NCBI GenBank assembly: GCA_951406725.2
Contig: OX597826.1
Span: forward strand, 1,178,001 to 1,242,000
Direction: 5' to 3'
Origin: Octopus vulgaris
Lineage: Eukaryota
Length of the DNA stretch: 64,000 bases
The position numbers were made by a program, and so were the translations under genes. This document shows, piece after piece, positions 12,835-26,539 of the stretch (its first letter is position 1; each line of letters starts with the position of its first letter). The notes under the pieces are model-generated. The model saw only the letters and a program-made list of their open reading frames with translations. It searched no databases and was not told the origin of the DNA.

Positions 12835-12862
12835 ATGGAATCCGTTTTATGTTCTGGACACA
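12835..12862 (+). CDS. TTF2: TTF2 exon 1 (MESVLCSGH)
   Basis: AAAATGG start context, gtaagt donor; resembles the TTF2 N-terminus MEEVRCPEH; phase fits exon 2. Confidence 0.85.
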
Positions 12863-13074
12863 GTAAGTTTCAAAAGTATTTTAAATATTTCTATAATAGA
12901 CATTTTAATTAATTTTACAAATATTTTCAAAGAGCTATGTATCGTTTTTCAAGAGCGTTTTCCCATTTATTTTCAATATTTGTTTTCCGATATGAACATG
13001 TGTGTAGTTAATTTCGTATATACACACACACATATATGTATATATATATGTATATATATATGTATATATATATG

Positions 13075-13106
<32 letters not shown>

Positions 13107-13759
13107 AGGAATGGTAATGAAATATTTCGCGTTATCGGAGATTAGTAGACCAAACTCACGCTGGTATTCCTTAAATATTAGCATATATACTGACTGACCT
13201 GTCAATGTTTTATGTCTGTCTTATTGCGATAAATATGACAGCAAATAAACCGAGAGATATAAAATATTTAATGCAACGAAATAGTCAAGGTGTACAGTTA
13301 CTATTCTATTTATCAATTTGCTTTTCCTTAAGTTTTTCTTTTATTTAATTCCAAATTACGTTCATTAAAGAGAAACTTTAGAGATCAAATGTCATCTTTG
13401 TCGTTAAAGTAGCAGTGAAGGATCGATCGGGATTGACTGCTTTGTCTATCACTTCTTCATAACATTGCTGGCCATGTACCTAAATTAAAAACCGTTTAAG
13501 AATAACTTTCCTCTGCTGACGTCTGTCTCCATATATTTTAATTTGCTTATCCAAGTAAACAGTGCAAGATCGTGTGCGTTTTTATGTCTTGAAAAATAAA
13601 TTAAAGTTTGCTTCCAATAAAAATGATGATGATTTCTCTCATTTGCCATCGGGGTGTCAGATGATGGGTAGGTTACAAGAACAGTTCACAATTTGTGTGG
13701 GAGTTAACATAAAAGGTGAAGGAAAGAAAGGGAGGAGAAGGTGAAATGAGATAAAGTTA

Positions 13760-15650
13760 TCCTTAGTATAGAAAACATGTGAACACAACTATGATGCAGA
13801 CCTCCTGAAGGAGAACCTTCAGTTAGGGCCTATCAAAGAATTCTACAGATGCAGGATCACCATGACCACCTCGGATACAATCCTTCACCCAACTGTTGTT
13901 CTCCAATCTGTATGCACATGCTTAGAGTAGGTTTCACCCTAGCCATTTTTGCTACTATCCTTTACCCTTTGACAAATTCTCTGGGAAATAGAACACTTAT
14001 CTTTTCATCCTCACTTTCTTTTCCAAGTAGAACTTAACAAAGTTGATGAGCGCTTGACTGAAGAGGAATGTATATTTCTTTGATCTTTTTAGCCCTGTCC
14101 ACCACACAACCTCTCTTTCACTATTGCCTCTAGACAGAAGAACAATGCCAGCCCTGTCTTGGTAAAGATTGGTGGTTGGGCAAGCCTTATGATGGACTTG
14201 ACGAGTAGCTGGATTCATCCTAGATACCACAACAGCTGTTTGACATAACAGCAATGCTTGGACACTGCAGTGCAGTTATTTTGCTCTGTAAATATCTTGG
14301 GCTGTCCCATTTGTGTTTATCTCAAGCTGGCAAATGCCCCTTAGTTGTTCTGCCAGGCTAAGGATTCCTGGAAGTTATCCGTAATAGTTTCTGGTTAAGA
14401 AGTCCTGAAACAGACCGGCGAGTTCATCCTTGTAAACTCCCAGGATTTCCCTGAGAACATCACTCTGACCCACCACTAGATCACTATATATTGCTAACAT
14501 AGAACTTCCACTGACCACATTTCCTGACTGGTAGAGAGTGGTGAGTGCCTGATGACATTCCAGGTACCAGACACCCAATTATGCTCTTTTCTTGTCTCAG
14601 AACTACAACTTCATCAAAGATTTGAGCTACAGAAGGACATGTCTTACAAATGGGTACTACACCTGTTCAATGTCCTGGAAAATCTTCAAGTAGTGTAGCC
14701 TTAGCATGTATTTGCTCATCAGCAGCCACAGCATGCCAAGCCTGCCTTTCAGAGAGCACTGGTACCAGATAGACAACTGCCTGACCAGTTGAATGCATCC
14801 TTTCCACAGGAAGTGCCTTACAAATCTTGAATGGCATGGACTTGCCTCTCCATATGCCAAGCTGACTCTTGATTAATTTTTGCTCTAGTCAGCATTTTAT
14901 AGCTCCATAGAGCAATGCTGATTACCTCAAAGTGCCTTCTGTCCAACACTGCATTGGTGACATCATCTGCATTGATTCTTCCACATCCTAGTTCATCCTT
15001 CAATCTTATTGAAGGCTTTTGATTGATCAAAATCTATCATGTTTCCACCCATGTCAGATTCCTTACTCATTCTCTCTATAATACATCACATTGAGAAGAG
15101 GTTATTGTGGTTACATCTGTTTGGGATGGCACATATTTGTGTGTCTCCAGTCAGACAATCGGTGATGAGTGCCAGCCTCTTTGCTAACACCTTGGCCAAA
15201 ATTTTGAAATCTGCATTTAGCAGAATCATGAGTTGAAAATTATTGTAAATCTCTTTGTTTGGGTCCCTTTTCAGTAGTGCCACCACTTCTCAATTCACAG
15301 AACTGGAGATTGTTCCATTCTGCTGCTAACTGCTAAGAGTCTCCAAAGAAAACAGTTTGCCCACTAATGCATCCAACCATTGCTTCCTGTATTTCCATGG
15401 CTGTTATCAGCTTTTTGCAACACTCTACCATTCTTGCTGAAAGTTGTGACTGGCCATCAAGGCAGGCACCTACATCTATTCTGCAATCTGGCTTGCTACA
15501 CACCCCAAACAGTCGAATAAAATGCTTCTAAAAGCTGTGTGTATCTGGCTGGGTTCAAGGAACACATAGCCATTATCATCTCTCAAAAACTAAATTGTTG
15601 CTTTGTTTCCATGTTGTGCTTCTTCCACTCAAGCACATTGTGTCACACTT
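13760..15650 (-). mobile_element. Decayed L1/Tx1-clade LINE ORF2 (reverse transcriptase) fragment
   Basis: LLKRDPNKEIYNNFQLMILLNADFKILAKVLAKRL..QICAIPNR, typical of the L1/Tx1 RT N-terminus; many stops and frameshifts; boundaries approximate. Confidence 0.75.
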
Positions 15651-15962
15651 GGAAGAAAGAAAGAAGTAAACAAGCTTAGAAAAGTGGGGGGGGGGGGGGG
15701 GAGAGGAAGGAAAACAAAAATTAAGATTCCTCTCAGAATTTCAAGGAAGAAGGACTGGTTACTTTCAAACCTTAACACATAAGATTTGGAGTAAAGGGTA
15801 GAATCGCTACCATGAAAAAATGAGACGTAGCTGTGTGCATAAGAAGATCAATTTGCAATCATGTGATTTTGGGTTCAATCCCGTTCGGCAGCAGCTTTAG
15901 CAAGCATTTTCTACTCTAGCACCAGGTTAACCAATAGAGGGAATCTGTGCAGAAGCCCATTG

Positions 15963-16030
<68 letters not shown>

Positions 16031-16031
16031 A

Positions 16032-16370
16032 GGCGCATGGCTCAGTGGTTAGCGCGTCGAGCTTACGATCGTGAGGTTGTGAGCTCGAATCCCGGACCGG
16101 GCTGCGTGTTGTGTTCTTGAGCAAGGCACTTTATTTCACGTTGCACCAGTTCACTCAGCTGTAGAAATGAGTTGCGGCGTCACTGGTGCCAAGCTGTATC
16201 GACCTTTGTCTTTCCCTTGGATAACACTGGTGGCGTGGAGAGGGGAGGCTGGTATGCATGGGCGACTACTGGTCTTCCATAAACAACCTTGCCCGGACTT
16301 GTGTCTAGGAGGGTAACTTTCTAGGTGCAATCCCATGGTCATTCATGACCGAAGGGGGTCTTTACCCTTT
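16032..16370 (+). mobile_element. Young tRNA-derived SINE with V-domain-like segment (older copies near 45430 and 51280)
   Basis: GGCGCATGGCTCAGTGGTTAG A box, B-box-like CTCGAATCC, TGTTGTGTTCTTGAGCAAGGCACTT; CpGs retained; sits in a (TA)n tract. Confidence 0.75.
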
Positions 16371-16389
16371 ATATATATATATATATATA

Positions 16390-17632
16390 CAGGGGTTGGA
16401 CAAAATAATGGAAACGCCTAGCATCATAGTATCGTAATTTTGAAATATCTATAAAACCATCAAAAGCTTGTTTATTTTTATGCTTTTTGATTTATTATTA
16501 GTGTTGCTTAATATGTTTTGCTAAAATTGCTGTTTCTTTTCAGATATCATGAGAAAAAGGTATTTAAAATTCATTAAAATGACAGATCTATCGGACTTTC
16601 AAAGGGGTCAAATTGTTGGTGCTTGTATGGCAGGCACTAGCGTAACGCAAAACAGCTGAAATGTTTGGTGTATCAAGAGGTATTGTCTCGAAAGTAATAA
16701 CCTTTGAGAAAGAGGTCAAAAAATCTTCTCATTGAAACAAAACTCTGGAAGAAAACCAAACTTTCAGATAGGGACCATTGGACTCTTACGCAAATTGTTA
16801 GAAAGGATCACAAAAGTGCAGCTTCCAAAATTACTGCAGAGCTTAATGACCACCTCAAGAAGCCAGTTTCCACAAAAACTGTTTGCCAGGAGCTGCACAA
16901 AGCTGGATTTCATGAAAGGTCTGCAATCAGAAAATCACTACTTTCAAAAACAAATGTTGCAAAGTGTTTCGAGTGGAGTAAAAACCTACAGATTTGGTCC
17001 CTAGAGCAGTGGAAGAATGTTATTTTCTCAGATGAGTCGCGTGTGGAGGCAGCAAAAAGAAGCATTTGACCCAGACTGCCTTCTTCCAACTGTTAAACGT
17101 GGAGGAGGATCTGTGATGATCTGGGGGAGGGGGGCTATATCTTGGAAATCCACTGGCCTAATGGTTTCCCTTCATGGCAGAATTAATAGTCAAGACTATT
17201 TAAGCATTTTATTTGATCAAATTCATCCTATGGTTGCGGAATTGTTTCCAGAGGGAAACGCAATCTTTCAGGATGATAATGCACCAATTCACACAGATAA
17301 ATGTGTTACTGAATGGCTCGAGGAACATTCTAGTGAAGTTGAACATCTTATCTGGCCACCACAGTCCCCAGATCTCAATATTATTGAATATTTATGGTGC
17401 ATTTTAGAAAAGCAAGTAAGGAGTTGATATCCTCCACCATCACCACTACCAGAACTGGAGACTGTTTTAGCTGAAGAATGGACAAAAATTCCTCTGGAAA
17501 CAATTAAAACTTTGTATGAGTCCATACCTCATAGAAATTGAGCTGTAATTACTGCCAAAGACGGTCTTACCCCATATTAAAATAAATTTGTTTGAAATTT
17601 TAAGGTGTTCCCATTATTTTGTCCAACCCCTA
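16390..17632 (+). mobile_element. Tc1-family DNA transposon (1.24 kb) with decayed DD36E transposase (about 16579-17580)
   Basis: TIRs CAGGGGTTGGACAAAATAATGG / CCATTATTTTGTCCAACCCCT in (TA)n; MTDLSDFQRGQIVGA, VIFSDES, FQDDNAPIH, WPPQSPDLNIIE; frameshifts and stops. Confidence 0.92.
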
Positions 17633-17761
17633 TATATATATATATATTTATAACATATTAGGGAATAACAAGTATTCCAGGTTGTCAGGAAGTTAATTAA
17701 TTTACATGAGGGTATCCTGAAATTGTAGTTGCTTATCTATTGGTAAATATCCCAAATTTGT

Positions 17762-17824
<63 letters not shown>

Positions 17825-18609
17825 TACATACATACATATATATATATATTACATATACATACATATATATATATATTACATATACATACATATATATATA
17901 TATTACATATACATACATATATATATATATATTACATATGTCTAAAACTTGTGGACATGCTTAAAAAATACAAAAAACATCATAGCATGCTTGACTTTCG
18001 GAAATATTTGTTTATGCTGAGAATTGCTGAACCATGGAATAAACTACCTTGATCAGTTGTTAGCAGCTGAGATACTACATCCTTCAAAATTTCCATGCTT
18101 CTTGAAATTTACCAACACTTCACCTGATGTCCCCCGCTGTTTCTTTTCTTTTCCTTTTTTCTTAAGACTTTTTCACCGTTCACTTCCTATGCATATTGTA
18201 TATGCTGTTCATGCATATATATGTGTATGTGTGTTTATATATATATATATGTGTGTGTATATATATGTATATATGTCGCTTTACTAGCATGTGAAAAGAC
18301 ATTCGAGCAAGGTCATTGCCAGTGCTGCTGGACTGGCTCCCATGCAGGTGGCACATAAAAAACACCATTTCACCATAGCCGTTGCCAGTACCACCAGACT
18401 GGCCCTCGTGCCGGTGGCACGTAAAAGCATGTATTACACTCTCGGAGTGGTTGGCATTAGGAAGGGCATCCAGCTGTAGAAACTCTGCCAGATCAGATTG
18501 GAGCCTGGTGCAGCCATTTAGTTCGTCAGTCCTCAGTCAAATCGCCCAACCCATGCTAGCATGGAAAATAGACGTTAAATGATGACAATGATGGTAATGA
18601 TGATGATGA

Positions 18610-18646
<37 letters not shown>

Positions 18647-18939
18647 ACAAGGCATACATAATGGTCATTACATATTTTTCTTTATTGTAGTAAATTTGAC
18701 TTTGCCTTGTTTTGCATATTACTCTGTGCAAAACCCAGTGTGACTGGAGCACAATGATGGATTTACAATATAGAATGGTGATGGACGTTGGGCCCTGCCA
18801 CAAGAATATGTGGAGTTCTTTACTCACCTAACCAATATTGATAGTCTGGTGTACTAACAGAAAGCTTATAAAGTATTGATAACCCATCACGAATCTCTCT
18901 CCCTCTCTCTTTTCAATTATTTCCTTTTAATATTTGCAG

Positions 18940-19048
18940 AAAAAGAATGTTACCTGAAAACAGGAGGAAAACCTGGCCCTAATTTCAAAAGGAGTTTTTA
19001 TGTGTGTAGCGTACGCGAGTCTCGTTGTGACTTTGTTCAACCTGTCAG
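18940..19048 (+). CDS. TTF2: TTF2 exon 2 (GRF-type zinc finger)
   Basis: tttgcag/gtaagt; KKECYLKTGGKPGPNFKRSFYVCSVRESRCDFVQPV. Confidence 0.92.
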
Positions 19049-19309
19049 GTAAGTCATCGGAGTTACTTAAAAATCTTATATTTCATTATCTTTTTTGCTT
19101 GTCAGTCTTTGTGGTATTAAGGTACTGGTTTAGTTTAGTCTCAGTCATAATTCCAATTCCTTTATAGTAAAATGGAATCCTTCTCAATGTTGGTGTGATT
19201 TTTTTTCTGTCTCTGTGTCTTTATCTGTCAGTCTGCCTGTCTGTCTGTCTCACTACTGTATTATAAGATCTATTTATTTGTTGTGTCAACCTAATAGCTT
19301 ATATGTACA

Positions 19310-19356
<47 letters not shown>

Positions 19357-20179
19357 ATCATCATCATCATCATCATCATTTAATGTCTGTGTTCCATGCT
19401 GGCATGGGTTGGATGGTTTGACTGGGCTGGCACACTGGAAGGCTGCACAAGACTCTAGTCTGATATGGCATGGTTTTCTATGGCTGGATGCCCTTCCTAT
19501 TGCCAACCACTCCAAGAGTTCCACCGGTACAAGTACCATTTGCACGACACCAGGGTGTGTTTACGTGCCTCCAGCACGGGTGCCAATTTGCATGACACTG
19601 GTATCTGCCACAACTGTGAATTTACTCAGCTTGATGGGTCTTCTTCTTCTCAAGCATGACATGATGCCAAGGGTCTCGGTCATTGCTTCCGTGAGGCCCA
19701 ACACTCGAAAGGAACTCAACCACTTTGCCTTCATGAGGCCCAACCCTCAAAGCAGCTCTAATGTAATAAATATTGTTAAATACATATACTAATGTATATG
19801 TTACCAGCGTTGCCTTATTGGCACTTGTGCCAGTGGCACGTGAAAAAACATTCGAGTGAGGTTGTTGCCAGTGCCACTAGACTGGCTCCTGTGCAGGTGG
19901 CACGTAAAAAACACCATTTGAGCGTGGCCATTGCCAGTACCGCCTAACCGGGCCTTGTGCTGGTGGCACGTAAAAGCACCCACTACACTCTCAGAAGGGC
20001 ATCCGGCTGTAGAAACTCTGCCAGATCAGATTGGAGCCTGGTGCAGCCTTCTGTCAAATCGTCCAACCCATGCTAGCATGGAAAGCAGACTTTAAATGAT
20101 GATGATGATGATGATGATGCTTTGTGTATTTTCTGGTGGCTGCAATGGCATAGCAGAGTGTATAATTCTCATGTCACCT

Positions 20180-20590
20180 TTTATTCAGTCGTGATTGAGC
20201 TAACCATCATCATTCAGTCAGTCAAGACTGAGATAGAACTAAACATAATCATCATCATTCAGTCAGGATTGAGGTAGAGCTAAATATCATCATCATCAGT
20301 CACCACCAATCGTCAACCATCACCAATTATCATTCAATCAAGACTGAACTAGAACTAATCATCATTCAATCAAGATTGAGGCAGAACTAAATATTATCAA
20401 CTATCATCATCATTCATCAATCATCATTCAAGCAAGACTGAGCAGGAACTAAACCTTATAATCATCATCAATCATCATTCAATCAAGATTGGGGTAGAAC
20501 TAAATATCATCATTACCTACAATCTTCAACTATCATCATCAACTGTCATTCAATCGAGACAGAACTGGGGCTAAATATGATTATCACTAC
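20180..20590. repeat. Degenerate minisatellite with unit like TCATTCAATCAAGACTGAG..AGAACTAAA(TCA)n
   Basis: About 8 visibly recurring units. Confidence 0.7.
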
Positions 20591-20665
20591 TACTGCCACT
20601 ACAATCCCCTCCTTCATCTACATCCCGCTTAAAGATGACGATAATTTTCTTCCTTTTCTTTCCAG

Positions 20666-20746
20666 CGTAACTCCTAGAAACTGTGATAAACATCCATCAG
20701 CTATTGTTGAGTTGCAGGCCATTTGTCGCAAAGATGGCGAAAACCG
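20666..20746 (+). CDS. TTF2: TTF2 exon 3
   Basis: ttccag/gtaaat; VTPRNCDKHPSAIVELQAICRKDGENR, matching the CxxH..VELQ motif. Confidence 0.9.
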
Positions 20747-21359
20747 GTAAATGTTTCCCTCCTGTTTATTCTATCAATTAATGTTGCGTGCATTTAATGG
20801 TTATCACACGAATACATGAACATTGAAGAAATATTAAAATATTGGATATATTCTGGCAGCATTATTAATAGCAGAACTGGCAGAATTGTTTGCACATGAG
20901 GCAAGTTGCTTTGCAACATTTTGTCCATTTGTACATTAAAATTCTGCTGATGTTGACTTTGGCTTTCATCCTTTTAGGGTTGATAAAATAAGTACCTATT
21001 TCTTTACTACCCACAAGGAGCTAAACACAGAAGGTACAAACAAGGACAGACAAACGGATTAAGTCGATAATATCGACCCCAGTGCATAACTGGTACTTAT
21101 TTAATCGACCCCGAAAGGATGAAAGGCAAAGTCAACCTTGGCGGAATTTGAACTCAGAACATAGCAGCAGACGAAATACCGCAAAGCATTTCGCCCGGTG
21201 TGCTAACGATTCTGCCAGCTCGCCGCCTTCATGATAAAACAAGTACCAGTTGAGCACTGGGGTTGATGTAATCAACTTATTCCTTCTCCCTGAAATTGCT
21301 GGCCTTGTGCCAAAATTTAAAACCAGTATACTCTTGCAGGGAATGCATATATAAGTGTA

Positions 21360-22090
21360 TTGGGTTGGAAAGAAGGTCTTGTCATATCTTTGACGTATCA
21401 TTTTGGAGGTACTTTTTCAATATTTACAGTAAAGTAAAAAATTTTATATTCTACTGTTTCCTTGTTTCTTTGTAGATTACTTTATACTACAGTGGTTCAA
21501 TTCATACCAATTTTACCCTTTTAAAATGAAATTAGGTTAGTCCTATGTCAGACACTTCATGCTGTACAAATTCCTTTGGAGCTCTTCACCAAAGGAAGCA
21601 GCAAGAAAAATTCATTCTGTTTATGGAAATGAAGCATTAATTGTCTGGTTATGCCAACAAGGATTTGGTCAGTTTGGCTTTTGGAAAATTTTTTTCTTGC
21701 AGACTCTCTTTAATCTGGAGAGCCAAGTTCTACCCACAGTGAACTTCTGGAAACAATAGCTGGAGAAAATTTGAAGCAAAATGCACAAGAATTAGAGAAC
21801 CAGTCAGTTCAGGTTACACTTCGATTGTAAAATATTTTCAGGAACTAAGAAAAGTGTTAAACTTGTTCAGTGGGTTCCTCATTATGTGAGTGCTTCTCAG
21901 CTCAAAGAGCTACTGCCTGCTTCTCATCGAAGAATAGACTTGCTACTAAAGCTTTCATGGCTATAATCATAACAGATGGAAAGTGGTTTCTCTATAATTA
22001 CTTCCAGTGAAAACAAGAATGGTTAGTAATCAGTGTAAAAGAGGAATTCACAGACAAGGACTACAGCCAGAAAATGTTTATGTTCTGTGT
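21360..22090 (+). mobile_element. Decayed mariner transposon fragment
   Basis: TA followed by TTGGGTTGG end; VRHFMLYKF..EAARKIHSVYG HTH and WVPH motif; many stops. Confidence 0.65.
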
Positions 22091-22729
22091 TTGTATTTTG
22101 CTTGTTTTTGTCAGTAGACTGCGGCCATGCTGGGGCACTGCCTTGAAGGACTTTAGTTGAACAAATTGATCCTAGTACTTATTTGTCTTTCCTTAATCCT
22201 TTAGTATTCGGATTATTCTGTCAAATGTAATGCTTATTGATTCACATTAATCATGTATTTTCTTTGTAGCTTTGATTTTTTTTCCAATGACATTATCAAG
22301 TAGATGTGAGAGAGGCCAGATCCGATCAGTTTGAACATAAAACAGGTGAAAAATTTTGGGGTGGATGTGGCCGGTTTAAATGCTAAAGGGTAAAAGCTTG
22401 GTAGTTATTCTATCAGTTTCTTTTGCCAAACTGCTAAGTTACAGGGATGTAAACACACCAACACTGGTTGTCAAGTGGTAATGGGACACACACACAGCCA
22501 AGAGTGAAGCAGAAAGGGAGAAGTTTGCCAATGTTCTGCAGTGTGAGGACTAGCAGTTTGAAGTGTTTTGGCTTGCAGAACTGTGTGCCAGGGAAAATTG
22601 TGATGCCGTGGGAGAGAAGTGTATTCATAGTGATGTGGGTTATGGCCTAATCACCCATATAGTTAACCAGGTTGCACACGAGGGAGTCATACTGGTGTAG
22701 CAGCATCATAGTCAACTGTTACAAAGGTA

Positions 22730-24140
22730 AAGGCAACGCCTTAGACAGAAATAATTACAGAAGTATCAAACTGTTAGATCAGGCAATGAAAGTTACAGAG
22801 AGGGTCTTAGTCCAACTAATTAGGAAGTGAGTTAGTCTAGATGGGATGCAGTTTGGTTTTGTGCCAGGAAAAAACACCACCGATGCTATATTTCTGGTAA
22901 GGCAGCTGCAGGAGAAGTACCTAGCCAAAAATAAACCTCTGTACTTGGCTTTTGTTGACATGGAGAAAGCCTTTGACAGGGTTCCCCATTCCCTTATCTG
23001 GTGGTCAGTGTGGAAATTAGGGATAGAGGAGTAGCTAGTGAGAGCTGTACAAGCCATGTAGAACTCAAGAGATTCTGCTGAGAGCCAAATGACAGTTGGT
23101 AACAAGCCACTAGTGACGAATTCAGGGTACAAGTAGAGGTTCACCAAAGATCAGTCCTCAGTCCGCTTTTGTTCATCATAGTTCTCCAAGCAATAACAGA
23201 GGAATTTAAGACAGGCTGCCACTGAGAGCTGCTCTATGCTGATCACCTTGTTCTCATAGCCTAATCACTTCAGAACTAGGAGAAAAATGTCAAGTGTTGA
23301 AGCCAGGTCTAGAATTAGAAGGTCTTGGAATTAATCTAGCAAAAACCAAAGTCTTAGTATGGAGGAAAGTGGACAGATCACAAATCCCTTCAGATAGATG
23401 GCCCTACTTGAGCTGTAGAAAAGGCGTAGGCAGGAACAAAATGTAGCTGGTGCAAGCTATGGATACATAAGGGGTGCAGCGATAACAGAGGAATGTTAAC
23501 AGGAAAAATAGTCTTTGTGTATGGCAGATGTACAGGTACAGTAAACATTACAAATGTACAGAAAATAGACTCCATCATATGCTGGTGTGGAAAACTAGAA
23601 GTAGTTGGTAGCTTCCGGTACCTAGGTGACTAAGTCAGTAGTAGAGGTGGATGCTCCAAAGGCATAGCTGCTAGAATAAGAATAGGCTGGGCAAAGTTCA
23701 GAGAGCTTCTACCTCTTCTGTTGGTAACAAAGGGCCTCTCCTTCAGAATGAAAGGCAGTCTGTATAATACCTGTGTGTGAACAGTCGTGCCATAGGACAT
23801 GTGAAGGGTTGAAAGAAATGAAGCCAGTATGCTTCAGTGGATGTGCAATATCTGTGCATGTACAACAGTGTAAATGTCTTGAGACGAAAACTGGGCATAA
23901 GAGGCATCAGATTTGATATGCAAGAGAGACAAATGCACTGGTATGGTCATGTGATGCATATGGATGAGGACAGCTGTGTGGAGAAGTGCTGAACTCTAAC
24001 TGTGGAGGGAACCTGTGGTAGAATTAGACCCAGGTGATGAAGCACGGTCTTTGAATGTTGGGCCTAACAGAGGTGATGACAAGTGACTGAGAGTTTTGGC
24101 GATATGCTGTGCTTGAGAAGACTCGTTAAGACAGGTGAAA
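22730..24140 (+). mobile_element. RTE-clade LINE reverse transcriptase fragment (decayed)
   Basis: QFGFVPGKNTTDAIFLVRQLQEKY...AFVDMEKAFDRVPH; decayed LLYAD motif; Cys-rich insert; FRYLG. Confidence 0.88.
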
Positions 24141-24314
24141 TCATAGTCATGATTGTTAATGCAACTGTAATTGTGGCTGAAAACAGAAGCAAAAATACCC
24201 ACCTATGCACACACGCACACACACGCACACACACACACACACTCACACACATTTGTGTGTATATGTACATTCATCCACTTACATTATTTTCTTATATTGG
24301 TTTCTTTCTCACAG

Positions 24315-24387
24315 GTGTTACTTCCGATGTCATCAAAAAAAGGAAGGAACAGACTGGTGTGGTTTTAAGATAAGAAAAGCTCTGCAG
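24315..24387 (+). CDS. TTF2: TTF2 exon 4
   Basis: cacag/gtaaca; CYFRCHQKKEGTDWCGFKIRKALQ, matching the FRC..WCG motif of TTF2. Confidence 0.9.
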
Positions 24388-26229
24388 GTAACATCAATTT
24401 ATCATCGTCATTTAATGTTTGTGTTCCATACTGGCATGAGTTGGATGGTCCAAGAGGATCCAACTAGCCCAAGGTCTGTGTTGGTCTTCAGTGTCTGCTT
24501 TGGTAAGGTTTCTGCAGTTGAATGCCTTTCCCAATGTTACCAACAAGGCATTCATGACAAATGACAAATGACTGCCTTTATGGAGACCTGCCAAAAGTTA
24601 GCAAGATCAAGCAAAGATGGCTGCAACAACCTGGTCACTGCAGGTGTTACCCTGAACTGGAAGCATCCAATTTAGTCTTGAGGAACCCACTTACATCAAC
24701 AACTTGATTGCAGACACTGGCCTGGAATGTGTCCAGGACATAGAGGCAGTGATGATGGAGCGAGAAGTGTGGCAGGTAGACTTTGTTGCTGTGACCCGAG
24801 TTGGAACCTGGCAATAATGATAATATTAATAATAATAATAATAATAAATGCCCTGATGCAGTACCAGGCAGTGGCTCTCATGGCTTCTGAAAATTCTAAC
24901 TGGGGCCCCACCTGCAAGGTCATGTGCTGTTTATCTTGATATGAGATCACAATGTCGCGCACATATGGTTGTGATGCATGTGCCTAGTGTACCCTTATCA
25001 GATGAGTAGTCATGATGGGTATACTGGGCTTCGTATATTTTACCTGAGTGTCACTTTGATGGCATGCACTGCTCTCTCACTCAATAATAATAATAATAAT
25101 AATAATGCTACCAGGTGTTTTTTTTTTTGTGCCACCAGCACAAGTGAGGTAACCGTGCATCTTGCAAGACTATAAAACCCAAGAGAAGGGGCAGCCTAAT
25201 GCAAGGAGATGAGGAGTTAAAGTATGAAAGAAGCAGGGAGGAGCAGAGCAGGGTCTTGTAGAGAAGTTCAATGGCTGTTTACATTTAGTAAAGTGTGTGA
25301 GAATGATGAGTGGGACATCGTCATCATTTGTTTCCCATGCTAAAATGGATCAGATGGTTTGACTGGGGTTGGTAAACTGGAGAGCTGCACTGGGATTTAG
25401 TCTGATATGTCTTGGTTTCTACAGATGGATGCCCTTTTTAACACCAACCACTCCACAGTGTGTAGTGGGTGACATTCATGTGCCACAGGTGCAGGTGCCT
25501 TTTACACGTCACTGTCACTGGTGCCTTTCATATGTCACTGGCACTGGTGCCTTTCAAGTCCCTGGCACAGGTGCCTTTTATGTCACCAGCACTGGTCACG
25601 ACTTTGCTTTCACTTAGCTTGATGTGTCTTCTCAGGCATAGCAGCAAATCACCAAAGGTCTCTGTCACTTGTCATCACCTCCATGAGACACAACATCCAA
25701 AGATCATACTTCCCCACCTTGCCCCATTCCTTCCTGAGTCTGCCTCTTCCACAAGTTACCTCCACATTTAGAGATCAACACTTCATTACGCAGCTCTCCT
25801 CCTCAAATAAAGGTGATGAGGTATCCAGGCAGTTACCTCCAAACTTATACAAGGCTCCTGAACCCTCTCGCATTCAGATTATTCTGGCAAATGTAATGCT
25901 TATTCCTTCACGCTGTTTTCAATTAATCATGCATTATCTCATAGCTTTGAGATTTCAACGATGTATTTGATTTGAATGGCATTGCTAGGTAGGTGTGAGA
26001 GGCCAGATCTGGCCTTTTTGAACCTAAAGCAGGAAGAAAATTTGGGGCTGGATATGACCAATTTAAATGCTGAAGGGTTGAATTGATAGACTACTGACGA
26101 AATAGGTGTCAGGTCACCGGCTTTAGACTTGGCCCGCTTCTTAATGGCTGTTTTTAAATCCTTGCTTACCTTTTACAGTGTTCTTTGAGAGTGGAAACGG
26201 AGCATTAATTAGGGATCTTATTCTTCCAG

Positions 26230-26280
26230 GGAAATGAGAAACCCGTCAAGAGTAATAAAGAAGCAAAGCCATCATCCAAG
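26230..26280 (+). CDS. TTF2: TTF2 exon 5 (low-complexity linker)
   Basis: ttccag/gtaagg; 51 nt, phase 0-0; GNEKPVKSNKEAKPSSK. Confidence 0.7.
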
Positions 26281-26539
26281 GTAAGGATTGTTTATTAAAC
26301 GAGCATCTTTTATGTTTAATAACTTGTTTCAGCCATTTGACTGCAGCCATGCTGGGGGCATTGCCTTGAAGGGTTTTAGTCAAACAAATTGACCCCAGGA
26401 CTTATTTTTTAAGCTTAGTACTTATTCTGTTGGTTTCTTTTGCCAAACTGATTGTAAACTCACTGACACTGGTTGTCAAGTGGTGGAGGACAAACGCACA
26501 CATGCATGTACACACACACATACACAAACACACAATATC

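Noticed and set aside
16032-16105. tRNA-like sequence as a real tRNA gene (also 63595-63670)
   Set aside because: Runs directly into SINE body and tail, with no proper acceptor stem or terminator.
21476-21540. Strong polypyrimidine-TAG acceptor as a TTF2 exon
   Set aside because: Lies in the 5' region of a mariner relic; the conserved TTF2 sequence continues at 24315.
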